Shown one piece after another: positions 25,250 to 37,906 of a stretch of DNA of 64,000 nucleotides. This stretch comes from Podarcis liolepis (lineage: Eukaryota). The stretch's first letter is position 1, and every line of letters begins with the position of its first letter. Below the pieces are notes generated by a model. That model had not been told where the DNA came from. It saw only the letters and a list, made by a program, of their open reading frames with translations, and ran no database searches. The stretch lies in assembly GCA_965112155.1 (NCBI GenBank), contig OZ218105.1; one strand, 5' to 3'. The translations under genes were made by a program, and so were the position numbers.

Positions 25250-25290
25250 TGTCCAACAGTGACACTGTGAGTCTGAAGCAGAGAACTGCA
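25250..25290 (-). promoter_or_regulatory. CSE/CTCF-like element of X2 (CACT core)
   Basis: Identical to the X1 element. Confidence 0.75.
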
Positions 25291-26057
25291 ATCTTTTCCC
25301 AGTGATATTTCTCCCCAATACATGTCACAGAAGGTCTCTGTTGGTGTTTATATGTGATGGCTCAAGGCAGGCTTTTAAACAGAATATGTGAACCTTCTTT
25401 ACTAGCTTAAATTTTCACCCCAATCTTGATATTTTGCAGGTTAATTTTTTACTCTGCGTTGATAGAGATATTTACACTTATTTCCAAGCTTATTAATTTG
25501 CAGTGCTGCTGACAAAAATGGAATTACAGGCTGCACAATTAAACATTATCATTTATAGTATGGGACTATTTAGAAATTGAGGAAAATGTATTATTGCCTA
25601 TAGTTAGGCCTTCACATGAACCTTAGAAACAAGAATGCCTGCTTTTAGAGGTATATATCTTCTTGTGTTTGAGTGTATATCCTAAGGAAGCATCTTGTAT
25701 TACATTGCTTATCACTGAAATTAGTCCCACATCTCATGCTTAGTTTTGTCATCTCACCTCGTATTAGCGCTCAGAATATTGGTCTATTTGTGTAGACAAC
25801 CCCTTCAATAGATTTATTTAGCAGCTCTCAACTTTGCCATTGTTCCCCCCACATTCATGTGCTCCAGTAATTCAGTCACGGTAGATAGCTTTCCAATTTC
25901 TAGTGTTAATTCAATTTACTATGTGTGTTTCTGACCTTGCACATCTACTTCACAGTCTCACAGGTATGGCTCATCACCCTCTTCTTTACACAGAACAATA
26001 ACATTATAGGTTTTTTGTAAGGCAATAGTATGTAAGGGATCCTGAGTATGCAGCTTG

Positions 26058-26059
<2 letters not shown>

Positions 26060-26098
<39 letters not shown>
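26060..26098. repeat. (CA)n microsatellite (paralogue at 50857-50904)
   Basis: Direct reading. Confidence 0.95.
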
Positions 26099-26099
<1 letters not shown>

Positions 26100-26469
26100 C
26101 CTCTGCACGGCCTGGTCGGCCTCCACTGGTTTCCACCCACAAAGTGATGTTAGTGCCACTCTGCTGGTGCATAATTGCCCATTGTTAGTAGACCTTTCAG
26201 CATGAATCAGATTGGAATAATCACTTTCAGTTTCTGGAGTTCAAATGCTTCATTCATGCAGAAACTATCTACAGGATGATTAGTGATGAGAGAGAGAAAC
26301 AGAAGACATCTTATCTCAACAAGTTGGGAGACAACAACAAAATCGCTCAGCTTTTAGGGGTGAGGTTAACTTAGACATAATAGATACAAACAAGTGCTCA
26401 CTAGATTGTTACACAATCAAGGATTAATTATAAATTATTAGCAGATGACATCCAATTGTCTTGCGGACT

Positions 26470-26850
26470 ACACTCTGGATTTGTGTAGGGGATAGCCTGC
26501 AAGGCAGCAGAGTTTTGGATCAGAGTTTTCCTTCTCCTAAATGTGTTACCTTCCCAGGTTGAAAAGGAAGTGATCTGCCACTCACTTCCCTCTACGGCAT
26601 GTGCAGTAACCACCTTCTTGATTGCTGAACCCACTATTATTTTGTCTGCTCAATCCACCAGACTAACTCAATTCCTAACTCACTGAGGGTTTGAGACCCA
26701 TCAGCTACCCTCACTTGCTTTAGCCAGTCAGTCAAAGTCATATCCCAGGATGTGACCACTGCCATAGTGCCTGTGTGCATGGTGGGGACCAAAGACAGAC
26801 AAACTACCTCAGAAGTAGGATGATGTTTCTCCTTTGATGCCCACCCGCCA
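26470..26850. mobile_element. Probable interspersed retroposon remnant (family uncertain; paralogue ~51280-51680)
   Basis: GAGTTTTCCTTCTCCTA...CCTTCCCAGGTTGA...GAGACCCATCAGCTACCCTCAC resembles a repeat seen in lizard genomes; not evident in the related spacer near 16.2 kb. Confidence 0.4.
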
Positions 26851-27378
26851 AGGTCCAAGTATTAGATCAATACTGAAACTGGTCTTTTCTCTTCAGTGCC
26901 CTACCCCTCAGCTCCACTGAGTGCAAATGAAGACCATTAGGTATCATCAGCTCTGAGCCAGTAAGTGCTACAGTCAATGAGGTCTTCAGTACAGACGAGT
27001 AATTGCCATTACCAGATTCCCCCAAACTAGTAAGAATACCATGAAGGTTGGTTTGGGTAACTGTCCTTTCAGGTCTTAGGCTGCCCACTATAGGATCCTT
27101 TTGCTTTCTAACCAACATAGCACTTGCCAGTTGCGGCACATTTAAAAAGAATGGCTGGGGTCCAATTACAGCCAGTCTTTAATTATTGACTGCCTAGCAG
27201 ATGAGAAAGCTCCTGTCATTCACCCTCTCATTCGGCCAATTTAGCAACAAGAACGAAATACTACCATTGAGCCCCAACCAGGAACTGATAGATCCTGCCT
27301 TGTTTGAAGCTAGGAGGAGAAGGCCAGATACTGCCATGCCAAAACAGAGGCCTAGAGATAGTGCCACCATGCCCATCT

Positions 27379-27940
27379 CAACTGTCCACAGAGGCAGTGT
27401 TGAGAACATGCTGCACAATTTACACCTCCGAAAGATTAAAGCAAAAGCGTCTTCTGTGGAGTTCAACGATACACATAAAAAAGTTTGTATCCACATTACA
27501 CATGACCTCCTACATTAAAACAATGGGTTAAGCATTGCATCCAATGCTCAATTAAATACCAACAATTTGATCAGTGAAATCCAATCCTCACTGGTATATG
27601 AAACAGGGAAACTCTAGATCTGAACCATGATGTCAAAGTACTTTGTACAATGTTTTTCCCAACTGTCCACAGAGGCAGCATTGAGAACATGCACAACCAT
27701 TTACATCTCCAAAAAATTAAAGCAAATGCATTTTCTGTGGAGTTCAAAGATGCACAAAAAATGTTGCATCCACATTACAGATGAAATCCTGTATTAAAAT
27801 AATGGGTTACATGTTGCAGCCAATGTTCAATTAAATGCCAACAATTTAAGGAGAGGAACCCAATTCTTGCTATTGAATGGAACAGGGAAATTCTGTATCT
27901 GAACCACCGGGGTTGTGGGTGCGGGTGTGTATTACAATGA
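27379..27940. repeat. Diverged ~280-bp tandem duplication (paralogue 52205-52760)
   Basis: CAACTGTCCACAGAGGCAG..TTGAGAACATGC recurs at 27379 and 27660; single copy at ~16715-16990. Confidence 0.85.
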
Positions 27941-29340
27941 TCTTCAATATAAACTATAGGCAACCTCTTCAGACTTGTAAATATAAGCAGCCTAGTACTA
28001 GATTAAAATCAATTTATAACATAAATCCAGATTGCTACAGCTCACTACAGGTTAAAAACGATACAGATACACTATATTGGGTGATAATAATAATAGTATA
28101 GTAATAGTAATAACTGTAATAACAATAGCAATAGTAATAACTGGGTGAATGTTGTAGTTGTCCATTCATCATGGCACAACGTACTTGATGCAAGGTATAC
28201 ATGTGCGTTGTGTGTGTATGTGTGTAACCAACACCCCCCCCCCCGAACAAATCTTGAAGAAAAGAGATTTATAACTAGCCTAGCTTTAGGGAGATTTAAG
28301 TTAATCATAAGCCCCCCCATGCCATTTTTATTATGACTCATGATGATGTATGAATGCTTATTTTGTTTTTGGTTCTTTGTTAATGTTCTTGATATTGTTT
28401 TGTGGACTATGAGAGCTGTAATGCTTTGTGAATTTTATAATATGACTTTAGCCTATTTTTAAACTTGTTTTGTTAAAAGTGTATTTTAAAAGGTGGTTGT
28501 TTTACTTTACTGATGATTTGTTTATTATTTTATATGATTTTTATTGTGCTTGTGATGTTCTACTGTGTTATTATTTATGGGATAATAAGCCGCTTTGTGA
28601 CTAATGTGAGTGAGTGTCCCATATCTTCCTGCTGAAATCCTGCAACATTTTATAACACCAATGCTCTGGTTTATTCTTTGTCCCACTTTCATTATACAGT
28701 AGTGCCCCTACAAATGGCAATAGTTTAACTAGCAAGTAGTGCTATTTTTCATGTAAGTTTATGTAAATCTTATTACCTAGTTTAGATTTTGTTACCTTGC
28801 TCTGTGCTAAGGACTAATGCAATGACAGCTGCTCTCTTCAAAAATGCAATAACACTGGGGAGGCAGCTCAAAACAAGCAATAAAGAAAAATGATGTGTGG
28901 ACAATCCAGTATACATTGACTATTAATACACTATTATTGTGTCAAATGTTGAAGAATGCACCAGCAAAACAAAAAACAAAAAATTGCAATATGCCCTGAA
29001 AGTAGAAAATGGAATACCTCAACTGACTACGAAATAGCTAATTGCACCAGGTGGTTTAGCCTCAGCTACTTAGAACAGATAGGAAAGATGATGACACATG
29101 AGAGCTTTTATATTGCAAGCTGCCATGTGATCTTTGGATGAAAGGGAGTATAGAAAGCTAATAAATAATTAAAATGAACATACAAAATAAAGCCCCACCT
29201 ATTGATTTCTATATGAAAAACTAACTAAAGACTGAAAAAGACAGGTACACCTGCAGTATAAAAGGTTGTATTGAAATGTCACTTAACGGTAAAGAACTAC
29301 AGAGTGTACCATGCATGTAACTGCAGAGAACAAATCTTAC

Positions 29341-31761
29341 CTCTTCACCATTAGCCATCTCAGAATGAAAATTGTTTCCACTGTTGCCTGTAAAAGGCAC
29401 AGCAGGTTTCTCACTGCCAATAATATTGTCTACCATCTGAACACTGGGTGTCAGGAAGGCAAACTCATTCTTCCTGGTCTCAGAAGACAGACACAGCTGG
29501 TAGGAATAGGGCAAAGTCCCATCTTCAAAGTTGGGTGGGAAGATGGCACCATTCTTGGAATGGGGAACAGGACCAAAGCACTGTAGGAACCTGGGATGCC
29601 CTGAGTGACGGAGCTTCATTGTAACGGCCAGAATGACAGTCAAGAGGAACAAGAAGGAGATCACAGCTAAGGCCAGCACCAAGTAGAACTGCAGGTCAGA
29701 CTGATACTCCGAGCTGCTGGGTTGGCTCTTCATTTCCGGAAGGGCCTCCTGAAAGTTCTCAGCAAACACCAGGTTCAGAGTCATGGTGGCCGAGAGAGAC
29801 GGCTGCCCGTTATCCTTCACCATAATGACCAGTCTCTGTTTCACAGCGTCTCTCTCCACAAAGGCCCTGGCGGTCCTGATCTCTCCAGTATGAGAACCAA
29901 CCGTGAAAAGTGCCGGCTCAGTGGCCTGAGTCAGGTGGTAGGAGAGCCAGGCGTTGTGTCCAGAATCTGCATCCACGGCCACCACCTTGGTGACAAGATA
30001 ATCTGCCTCGGCCGAACGAGGCACCATCTCAAACAAGGCTGAGCCCTTGGCTTCTTGTGAGGGGGACAGGATACGAGGGCTGTTATCATTTCTGTCAAGA
30101 ACAAACACCCTGACGGTCACATTGCTGCTGAGAGGGGGAGAACCCCCATCTTGGGCCTTCACTTGCAGCCGGAACTCTCTGAATTGTTCATAGTCAAAGG
30201 ATCTCTGGGCATAGATGGTGCCGGTCTCAGAATTAATGGAGATATAGGAGGAGATGGGAAGCTCCTCAATGTTGCTGTTGAGGATGGAGTAAGTGATCCG
30301 TGAGTTCTGGTCCATATCAGGATCAGAGGCTTTGATGGTGAAAATGGAGGCACCTGAAGGATTGTTTTCTGGCACATAGATGCTGTAGGTTGATCTCTGA
30401 AAAGCAGGGGCATTATCATTGATATCTGAGATCTGTAGTGAGATTGTTTTGTGTGTGGAAAGAGGTGGAGTTCCTTTATCAGTGGCTGTGATTGTAATAT
30501 TGTATGCAGGAGCTATTTCTCTGTCCAAAGGACTGTCTGTCTGGAGCTTGAAGAAATTGTTTGATGAGGGAAGAACTTTAAAGGGTATATCATTGTTTAA
30601 GTAGCAAGTAACCTTCCCATTATCTCCACTATCTCTGTCATTTACATTGATCAGAGCAATAACTGTCCCTGGCAGAGAATCTTCAGGAACTGGGCTGAAC
30701 ATGGAGGCTAAGGTCACATCCGGGGCATTATCATTCTCATCATGAACCCTTAGCTCAATGTTAGAATGTGTCATCAATCCACCTCCATCTTTTGCAGCAA
30801 CTGTCATAGTATATTCATCGTTCTCCTCAAAATCCAGTTGCTCCAGTAGTGTGATTTGGCCGCTGATGGGATCCAGCTTGAATTTCCGTTCGGCAGTTGC
30901 AGGTATGTTGCTAAAATGATACCTGATTTGGGCATATAAACCTTCATCTTTATCAGAGGCTGCAACCTGGAGAACAAGTGACCCAACAGGAACATTTTCA
31001 GATAAACTGAGCTTGTATACCTCTTGACTGAAAACAGGTGGGTTGTCATTGGCATCTGTGACATTAATCCGTATCTGGGCCGTCCCAGTTTTCCTAGGCT
31101 CACCCCCATCCATAGCGGTAAGAACCAAGTGAAGGGTCTGTTCACTTTCTCGATCAAGAGGTTTCTGTAGCACCAGTTCTGCATATTTATTTCCATCTTT
31201 TCTCTCTCTAACTTCCAAATTGAAGTACTGATTGGAGCTCAGCTGGTAATCCTGGAGAGAATTCATCCCAATGTCAGGATCTTCTGCTTTCCCAAGGAGA
31301 AATCGAGTGCCTGGCAAAGTTAGTTCACCTGTCTCCAAGCTGATATTATCATTGAGGAATTGGGGTGCATTATCATTAACATCCTGTATTTCCACTAGTA
31401 CATGAAAAATATTCAAAGGGTTTTCCACCACAACTTCAAAATTAACAAAGCAATTTGGATTTTTGCCACATATCCCCTCCCTATCAATCCTGTCATTTAC
31501 ATAGAGGTTTCCATTCTCTGCATTGATACTGAAATGCTGCATTTTAGCCACAGACACAGTGTGCAGATTGCGATGTTTTAGTTCTTTGGCGCTCAGTCCC
31601 AGGTCCTTGGCGAGGTTCCCCACAACGGAACCCTTTGCCATCTCCTCAGGGGTTGAATAATGAATCTGCTCTGATGCAGCCCAACAGGTAAAAGACAAGA
31701 GAGAGAGAAGCAGTACTTGCCTTGTGAGTGCCCTGCCATTCCCTGGGTGCCTTCTCTCCAT
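29341..31761 (-). CDS. PCDHGB: Protocadherin gamma-B-like variable exon, class Y (Y2; 807 codons)
   Basis: Intact ORF; donor GAG|GTAAGA at 29341/29340. Confidence 0.92.
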
Positions 31762-32031
31762 CTGGCTGGTTCTCTCAAAAACAGGCTGCTTCCTTTTCTC
31801 AGTTTCCTATGCTCAAGCTCTCACAATGATGAAGGAAACAACATGAGGTATCACTGAGGAAGAATAAACTGCCCTTGTTCTTATATTTGTGCAAAGCAAA
31901 AGAGATTTTTCCTTCTCTGCAAGAGTTCCGTCTCTGTGCTCTTCAGTTGGCCTGCTCTGAATAGCAGGGATGGGAGTTACTGCAGTCTAGGAAGCATCAC
32001 TGGATGTCTATCCTCTCTCTGGCTCTCATAC

Positions 32032-32072
32032 TGGCCAACACTGACACTTAGAGGACCACTCAAGGAACTGCA
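32032..32072 (-). promoter_or_regulatory. CSE/CTCF-like element of Y2 (CAGT core)
   Basis: Identical to the Y1 element. Confidence 0.75.
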
Positions 32073-32770
32073 TTTTGTTCTATGAAAATAGACAGAGGTG
32101 AATAAATGCAGGTGTTTCTCCAGCACATACTGTACCTTCCTTTCTGCTCACTGAGTGGAGCATTTGAGAAAGCTTTTCCTTGGTGTTCTTTCTTAGTGTA
32201 CAGCTACCCTCATTTATGTTTGTGGCTCTTCAGTACTGTGAAAATTGGGGTCGTATCTGATACTGCAATTACATGAAGGTTATACACATCTTCATTTTTT
32301 ATTGGAAGTATGGAAACATTATTATTAATATGTAAATATCCAGTTATATAGTAAAATGAGAGCTGTAAGTCTCCTGTATTTTTTCCTTAAATAGAATTAA
32401 TATAAACAACCTACTGAAATTATTCTCTTTTTTATCTCTTCTATATTGTTGGATGTCTATCAACATTTATGGAACAGAGTACAAGTTATTTTCAGTGTTG
32501 GGTAGGAATTCCAAAAGTAACTTACTATTCCAAGAGTTCTCTCTCTGTCTGTTGAGGATAAGATAAGATGCAACACATGTAGCTTCTGTCTAGGCAGCAC
32601 TAGGTAATAAAAGTGTGTTCGCTGGTATTGGTTCTACATCAGACTCTGCCACTGCCTCCTACCTGCTGGTGCCATACAAATGTCCTTGCTTAGCAGTTGC
32701 TCCCCTGTGATCAAAGCAGGAAGACAGCACAAGTGTAGGACCAATGGCTGTAGCTGCTCTACCAGCAGTA

Positions 32771-32948
32771 AAAAAAGGTAAAGGACCCCTGGATAGTTAA
32801 GTTCAGCCAAAGGCGACTATGGGGTGGCAGCACTCATCTCTCTTTCAGGCCGAGGGAGCAGGCATTTGTCCACAGACAGCTTTCCAGGTCATGTGGCCAG
32901 CATGACTAAACAGCTTTTGGCACAATGGAACACCTTGACGGAAGCTAG
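32771..32948 (-). mobile_element. 5'-truncated Sauria SINE (paralogous copies ~44558-44730 and ~58390-58565)
   Basis: AAAGGTAAAGGACCCCTGGA...GGTCATGTGGCCAGCATGACTAA is the reverse complement of the SINE 3' half at 11150-11284. Confidence 0.8.
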
Positions 32949-33397
32949 GCATGATCCAACAGGATAAAATGTTTGTTGGCACTTTACACATGATTTCATA
33001 TTATGATAATAGCATCATGAAGTTTGGGAACTGAGAACAGTGGAGAGACAAGAGGTGTTAGAAGAAATCAATTGTGTCTAATTGAAAGAGTATATGATAC
33101 AGGTCTTATTAGAAAATAACTAAAGTAATTTACTTTCAGTTTGTACGCATTAAAGGTAATAGCTCCTCTTATTGCTCCATAGAACTGCCTACAAGACCAT
33201 AAACCCAATCTGGAGATGTGTATCCTCTTTAAATATTTTTGCCTGCCATATATCCCCTTGAAACTGGAACCCCACTGAACAGAACTGACATTTCCAAGGG
33301 ATCACAACCAGAGTGCTGCCTAATTTTCAACATGCTTCTAGTTTTTCATCTGCTAGTCTATCACACAGAAACATTGCACACAATTCTATTTCATAAA

Positions 33398-33630
33398 AAC
33401 ATAAGAAGAGCCCTGCTGGATCAGGCCAGAGCTCTATTGAGTCCAGCATCCTTTCTCCCACTGTGGCCAACCAATTGCCCCTCAAAAGCTCTGCCCTTGG
33501 TCCACATTCAGAGGTGTCTGGTACTAGACATAATATAGCCAATGTGACAATGATTTTTTCTAATCCCCCTTTAAAACCACCCAAGTAGGTGACCATCGGT
33601 GCACCTTGTGATAGTGATTTCCATTGTTTG
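33398..33630 (-). mobile_element. CR1 3'-end fragment (paralogues ~21158-21340, ~45571-45800, ~59014-59245)
   Basis: AACATAAGAAGAGCCCTGCTGGATCAGGCC...GTCCAGCATCC motif. Confidence 0.6.
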
Positions 33631-34189
33631 TTTGTTTAAATAAGTAAATTATTTAGAAATGGTTTATATAAAAACCAAATGGCTAGGCATACAATTATCA
33701 TTAAATTCCTATTATGAACTCAAATAAAGCATATAGCCTTCATAAAGGTCCAAATAAAGTATGTGGGTCTGCGTTATCTTGAAGTTCATTGCACCAATAA
33801 ATTATGAAAAAACACACAGAAAGTTATCAGACTGCCTCCCCTCCCTGACTCTTAGTTGTACCATTGATAAAATATTCCATGCTGTAGTAATCCATTCCCC
33901 TAAAGTTGGTGTTCTTAGCCCCTGCTAAGACAAATAGTTGCTCTGGCCACAGACAGTAACTGTTGGAGTAATTATCTGTCTTCTGTTGTACTAAATCCTT
34001 AAAATAACTAGATAAATCAATGAGAGGATCCATTGGCAAATTGCATCCTGTCATTATTCCATTTTCTCTTATTATATCCACCCACAAATTCTTAATTTAG
34101 GGACATGTCTCCCAAATATGTTGCATCCTAGCATTGGTTGAATTGTACTTCCAACGTAATTATTTGCTGTACTATAAATTTGACCAAAC

Positions 34190-34275
34190 TGTGGGAGGCA
34201 GTGGAAGGCAGGAGTGCCTGGCGTGCTCTGGTTCAGGGGGTCACGACGAGTCAGACACAACTAAACAACAACTAA
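34190..34275 (+). mobile_element. RTE/BovB-type 3' tail fragment (paralogues ~46362-46455, ~59793-59885)
   Basis: GCCTGGCGTGCTCTG..CATGGGGTCACGA.GAGTCAGACACAACT followed by an (ACA)n-like tail. Confidence 0.65.
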
Positions 34276-34429
34276 AATGTGACGAAGCTACAGCAGTGTC
34301 ATATACCATCAAAAAATAAACTTATACAAGTGTTTCTTAAGATTCACACTAATTGTTTGCTGCCATTTCCATTTTCACTGATATGATGTCCCAGACATCT
34401 CTGGCAAGTACTTTGTTGCATTTAGTTGT

Positions 34430-34610
34430 CAACAAGGAATTCCATAGTTTAACTATGCATTGTATGAAGAAGGTCTTCCTTTTATCTGTTCTGAATCTCC
34501 CAATGTTCAGCTTCACCCAATGGCCACAGGCTCCGGTAATATGGGGGAGAGGGATCTCTCTATTCATTTTCTCAACCTCGTTCATAATTCTATACAGCTG
34601 TCTCACTTCC
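34430..34610 (-). mobile_element. CR1 ORF2 C-terminal remnant (paralogue ~46615-46790)
   Basis: Translates to GHWVKLNIGRFRTDKRKTFFIQCIVKLWNSL, the recognisable end of CR1 ORF2. Confidence 0.7.
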
Positions 34611-35202
34611 CTTCTTGTAATTTATTTTATCTAAACTAAATATCCCTACAGAAGTTGTTGCACCCATGGATCATTTGGGATGCCTTTTTCTGTGCTTGCT
34701 GTTATTTCACACAACTTCTTTTTATGAATCCTCCAGAGAAGCCCCACACAGCCCAAAATTATACTACAAATAAACAGGAAGCATTCTTGTTTTATACATT
34801 CTTCAGTTAAGCTGATCATAACAGAACAAATAAACTGTGCTTTGTGTAAGTGAAAAAGTACAAATCCATATTTTTAATTGATGAGGGATGTATAAATAAC
34901 TATATATGTATGGTGACATGCTAATATCCCACAGGAAGATTGAACACTCAAGCTGTATGCATGCCTACATTTCCTTTAATTCCTGAGATGAAGACTCACT
35001 CTGCCGTTATTGTATGCCTCAGAATTTATGCTGCGTCTACCATTGCAATTTAAAAGCTACTTGTAGGAAAAGTTCTTCACTATCAGAGCAACTGCTGCTA
35101 ATACTGTAATTTGATTTTGCTGACCCCTTTATATAGTAAAATGAAATAAAAATATTAGTTTTATTCCTATAAGGTAAGGCCATTTCTGAAAGCAAAACTT
35201 AC

Positions 35203-37632
35203 CTGCTCACCAACCTCCTCTTTGGCACTGGCATCCCCACAGTTGCCATCCACAAGAACCACCTGAGAGCTATCATTGCATAGCAAGTTTTCTGCCACCT
35301 GGATATGGGGTTTTGGGAAAGAGATCTGCTCTTTCCTCATCTCTGACGATAGACAGAGTTGGTAGGAATAAGGTAAAGTTCCTTCTTCATAGTTTGGTGG
35401 AAATATGACCTGCGCCTTAGGAAAAGTATTAGGTTCAAAGCATTGGAATAATTTGGGATTTCCTGATTGTCGAAGTTTCATGACAATGACCAGAATCACC
35501 GTTAGGAGGAACAAAAATGAGATCAATGCCAAAGCCAGCACCAAGTAAAACTGGAGGTCAGAATGATGTTCTGTGTCACTGGATTGCCTAGTCATTTCTG
35601 GAAGTGCCTCTTGGAAGTTCTCTGCAATCACAAGGTTGAGGACCACAGTAGCTGAGAGCGGAGCCTTCCCATTGTCCTTCACCAAGATGACCAGCTTCTG
35701 TTTCACAGCATCTTTCTCCAGAAGGGCTCGTGACGTCCTGATCTCTCCCGTGTGGGTCCCAATGGTGAAAAGGGCCGGCTCCGTGGCCTGCAGCACTTGA
35801 TAGGAGAGCCAGGCATTGTGCCCAGAGTCTGCGTCCACAGCCACCACTTTGGTCACTAGGTAGCCTGTCTCTGCCGAGTGAGGAACCATCTCAAACAAGG
35901 CAGAGCCCTCGGCACCTGCAACAGGATACAGAACGCGAGGGCTATTATCGTTCTGATCCAAAATGTACACCCACACGGTGGCATTGTTGCTGAGAGAGGG
36001 AGAGCCGCCATCTTGGGCCTTCACTTGGATGTGAAACTCCCTGAATTGCTCATAGTCAAAGGAGCGCTGTGCATAGATAGTTCCCGTCTCAGAGTTGATG
36101 GAGACGTAAGAGGAGAGAGGCAGCTCCTCCATGTTGCTGTTGAGGATGGAGTAAGTGATACGTGAGTTGCGGTCCAGATCTGGGTCCGAGGCTTTGATGG
36201 CAAAAATGGAGGCACCTGATGGATTGTTTTCAGGCACAAAGACACTGTAGGTTGATTTTTCAAAGGCAGGGGGGTTGTCATTGATATCTGAAATCTGCAG
36301 GGAGATGGTTTTGTTGGAGGAGAGAGGGGGGCTACCTTTGTCAGTGGCTGTGATGGTGATGTTGTATCCTGAGGCTTTTTCTCTGTCCAAAGGACTGTCT
36401 GTGTGGATTTTGTAGTTGTTTTTAGATATTGATGATATTTTAAATGGTACATTACTTTGTAGATGACATGTAATTTTTCCATTTTCTCCAGAATCCCTAT
36501 CCTTTACATTGATGAGAGCAATTATTGTTCCAGAAACAGAGTTTTCTGATACTGGGGTGGATAAGGAGGCCACGATGATCTCTGGAGCATTGTCATTCTC
36601 ATCTAGAATCTTTATATCAACATTACAGTGAGCCACTAATCCTCCTCCATCTCTTGCTTCAACTGTCATAGTGTATTTTTCTGTTTCCTCAAAGTCAAGG
36701 GTCTCCTTAATTGTAATTGTTCCACTTTGTGGATCTAGTCTAAATTTCTCATACACTTTTTCTGGGACTTTACTGAATGTGTAATGGATCTGACTATTTG
36801 AACCTTCATCCCTATCAGAGGCTTTTACTTGGAGTATGGGGGACCCCACAGGGGAATTTTCCCTCAGGCTAACTGTATAAACCTCTTGAGTGAAGACTGG
36901 TGGGTTGTCATTGGCATCTGTGACATTAATCCATATCTGGGCAGTCCCAGTTTTTCTGGGCTCACCCCCATCCAGGGCCGTAAGGATCAACTGAAGGGAG
37001 TGCTCACTCTCTCGATCCAAAGGTTTCTGCAGCACCAATTCTGCATATTTATGGCCATCCAGACTATGCTTAATTTCTAATATAAAGAACTGATTTAGGC
37101 TTAACTGATAATTCTGGAGAGTATTAATCCCAATATCAGGATCTTCAGCTTTCCCAAGGAGAAATCTGGCACCCGGCAATGTGGATTCAATTATTTCAAG
37201 TCTAATATTGGCTTCTAAGAATTGTGGCGCATTATCATTAATGTCTTGGATTGCTAGACTGACATGGAAAACGTTCAATGGATTTTCGACCACAGCTTCA
37301 AAATCAATAAGGCAGTGTGTGCTCTCTCTACACATCCCCTCACGATCTATCCTCTCATTCACATATAGGTTTCCATTTTCAGCATTGATAGAGAAATATG
37401 GCTTTTTACCTTCAGAAAGGATATGCAGCTTTCTGCTCTTCAGTTCTCTGGCATTCAGTCCTAGATCCTTGGCAAGATTTCCCACCAAAGACCCCTTTGC
37501 CATCTCCTCAGGGATGGAATAGTGAACCTCTTCCAAAACTGCTCCACAAAACAAAGATGATAATATCAGAAGTGTTATATACCTTCCTGCTGTTTGAAAG
37601 CTCTCTCCAGGCAGGATTCCTCTCATCTTCAT
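35203..37632 (-). CDS. PCDHGB: Protocadherin gamma-B-like variable exon, class X (X3; 810 codons)
   Basis: Intact ORF; ATG 37632; donor CAG|GTAAGT at 35203/35202. Confidence 0.92.
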
Positions 37633-37865
37633 TTTCCTCTTCTCTTTGATGAGCACAGGATTTCAGATTTCCACCAAGACAGGATATTTCCCCTCAGTAA
37701 AAAAAGAACTGGATCCTTTGGCTTTTATGTGCTGCAGTGTTTTCTGTTTTCCAGCTGAAACGTTTGTTCCAGCGTCTGCTGGTATTCCCGATGTGCAGTT
37801 TGGGACAAAGAGATCTCTATGCAGAAAGCATCAGTGGAACTTCAGCTGCCCATGGATTGCCGCCT

Positions 37866-37906
37866 TGTCCAACAGTGACACTGTGAGTCTGAAACCGAGA
37901 ACTGCA
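37866..37906 (-). promoter_or_regulatory. CSE/CTCF-like element of X3 (CACT core)
   Basis: As X1, with two spacer substitutions. Confidence 0.75.
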